Of a stretch of 28,347 nt of DNA, positions 26,980 to 28,347 are shown one piece after another. Made by a program: the position numbers and the translations under genes. Source of the stretch: a virus (taxonomy: Duplodnaviria; Caudoviricetes). The stretch spans positions 1 through 28,347 of IMG/VR virus record IMGVR_UViG_3300032019_000007; one strand, given 5' to 3'. Each line of letters starts with the position of its first letter. Positions within the stretch are counted from its first letter, which is position 1. The notes below the pieces were generated by a model. That model did no database searches. It was not told where the DNA came from and saw only the letters and a list, made by a program, of their open reading frames with translations.

Positions 26980-27152
26980 CCCTTTCACATGATTCATTAG
27001 CGAACCATTATAAAACTAACTTCGCTATGATGCACAATTATAATTACAGCTTAACTGAATTAGATAATATGCTACCATGGGAAAGGGAAATTTATACGAA
27101 CCTACTGATTCAACATTTAAAAGACCAAGAGGCAACAAATGGAAATGGGTAA
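26967..27152 (+). CDS. gp51: gp51-like baseplate hub assembly catalyst (-1 frame relative to gp26; first ATG at 27027)
   Basis: Not in ORF track; hand translation FFYIALSHDSLANHYKTNFAMMHNYNYSLTELDNMLPWEREIYTNLLIQHLKDQEATNGNG*; SL.EL.NM.PWERE.Y motif. Confidence 0.85.
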   Translation, partial: FFYIALSHDSLANHYKTNFAMMHNYNYSLTELDNMLPWEREIYTNLLIQHLKDQEATNGNG

Positions 27153-28347
27153 AGGAATTAAAGACTTAATTAATGAAGTTAAGTCTCTTAATAAAAACAG
27201 CGAATTAGCTTTCGAGGGGAATTCTTTGGTTCTTCATGATATGGCTGATTCATTAGAGTCAAATACAACGGTCTTTGGGAAGATAGCAGAGGCAGTTAAA
27301 TCTATTGAAGACACATTAGCAGGCAATGCTTTAGCTGATAGGGAAGCTGCTTTTGAAGCGAGGAATAAGAAAGGAGGCACAGATGCAGGTGGTGCAAGTG
27401 GTGCAAGTGCCCTTGCCGCTCCTGCTGCAGCAACAGGGGTTCTAGGTGGTATGTTAGGTGGCCTTGGTTTATCTGGGGGTGTATCAGGATTAATAGAAAC
27501 AATCTTAGGATATAAACTTATCAAATCAATATTTGGATTCTTTAAGAAATTCCCTTCTAAAATAATGACTATGTTCAGAGCTACCATGGCGAGATTGATT
27601 CCTTTCTTAGCTACACCAGCTGGTTGGATTGCTATGGGTGCTGCAATACTAGGTTTCACTGCTTGGGCGTATTGGGAAGACGTATCTACATACGCATCAA
27701 AGAAGTGGGACGAGTTATCAGTATGGGCAACCAAACAACTGGATAATATCGGAAATACATTCAGTCAAACTTGGACGGATCTAAAAGGTACTTGGAACGA
27801 AGCATTGACTGGTATTAGTTCTTGGATCAGTGATAAGACAGCTCCATTATTCGAAGCATGGGATAATGCTTGGGCTAAGTTTGATGAATTCACTAATGTT
27901 ATGTCTACAGGAATTGCAGAAACACAGAAGTGGTTGGAAGGAAAATGGGCCAAGTATTCCAGTGGAATAAGGGAGTACTTTCGCGAATTGTTTGGCTTTT
28001 CTAAAGATAGTAACCCAATTGACGTGGGATTGCAAAAGGCTTTGAAGTTGCAGGCCGACAAGATCGAGCTAGCACACTTTGATGGTAAAGAAGAAGCCAA
28101 TAAAGTAGTCACTAGTATCATTCAAAACATTCAAGCAGCTGAAACTGTGACACAGGATGATGTGCAAAAAGAGATAGATGCCGCTAACAAACGCAGGGAA
28201 GAAAAAGAGCGCGCTGCTGCCGAAGCGGGTTCTTGGACAGTAATACCAAAAGACCCTAAAACAGGAGAACCTATTCGTCCTGGAGAGAGTATTAATATCT
28301 CTGGCTCTAATAATACAGATAACAGTTCTATTACCGTCAATAACTTT
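27139..28347 (+). CDS. Tape-measure-like (gp29-equivalent) protein, runs off window end
   Basis: Not in ORF track; GAGG RBS, MEMGKGIKDL..., Gly/Ala hydrophobic stretch, 11-residue periodicity WEDVSTYASKK-WDELSVWATKQ-LDNIGNTFSQT-WTDLKGTWNEA-L; open to the end. Confidence 0.7.
   Translation, partial: MEMGKGIKDLINEVKSLNKNSELAFEGNSLVLHDMADSLESNTTVFGKIAEAVKSIEDTLAGNALADREAAFEARNKKGGTDAGGASGASALAAPAAATGVLGGMLGGLGLSGGVSGLIETILGYKLIKSIFGFFKKFPSKIMTMFRATMARLIPFLATPAGWIAMGAAILGFTAWAYWEDVSTYASKKWDELSVWATKQLDNIGNTFSQTWTDLKGTWNEALTGISSWISDKTAPLFEAWDNAWAKFDEFTNVMSTGIAETQKWLEGKWAKYSSGIREYFRELFGFSKDSNPIDVGLQKALKLQADKIELAHFDGKEEANKVVTSIIQNIQAAETVTQDDVQKEIDAANKRREEKERAAAEAGSWTVIPKDPKTGEPIRPGESINISGSNNTDNSSITVNNF

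Noticed and set aside
26977-27000. Stop-codon readthrough or recoding of the gp26 TAG
   Set aside because: The same frame hits another TAG at 26998-27000; gp51 similarity is in the -1 frame; other genes are intact under the standard code
27234-28340. Minus-strand ORFs at the window end
   Set aside because: Antisense shadows of the plus-strand tape-measure-like gene

Overview
AT-rich segment of a T4-like myovirus genome (cyanophage/pelagiphage-type gene order; host cannot be determined from sequence) holding the baseplate/tail module. The minus strand carries gp48, gp53, a gp27-like hub, a lysozyme-less gp5, gp25, gp6, gp7, gp8, a VrlC/DUF4815-like virion protein and small adaptor/fibre genes. 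The plus strand carries gp4, a small membrane protein, gp2, gp54, gp26, gp51 and a tape-measure-like gene. Two features stand out. (1) An accessory cassette at 1320-6847 encodes two paralogous proteins, each with a Tyr/Gly tetrapeptide-repeat insert whose single conserved motif lies at its midpoint (suggesting a long hairpin fibre). They are followed by a tail-fibre-chaperone-like gene, two GT-A glycosyltransferases and an atypical 2OG-Fe(II) oxygenase behind a T4 late promoter: a candidate virion-fibre hydroxylation/glycosylation system. (2) A likely -1 ribosomal frameshift (T TTT TTT) fuses gp26 to gp51 directly upstream of the tape measure gene, as in lambda G/GT and P2 E/E+E'. Family assignments come from motif recognition by eye, not database searches.
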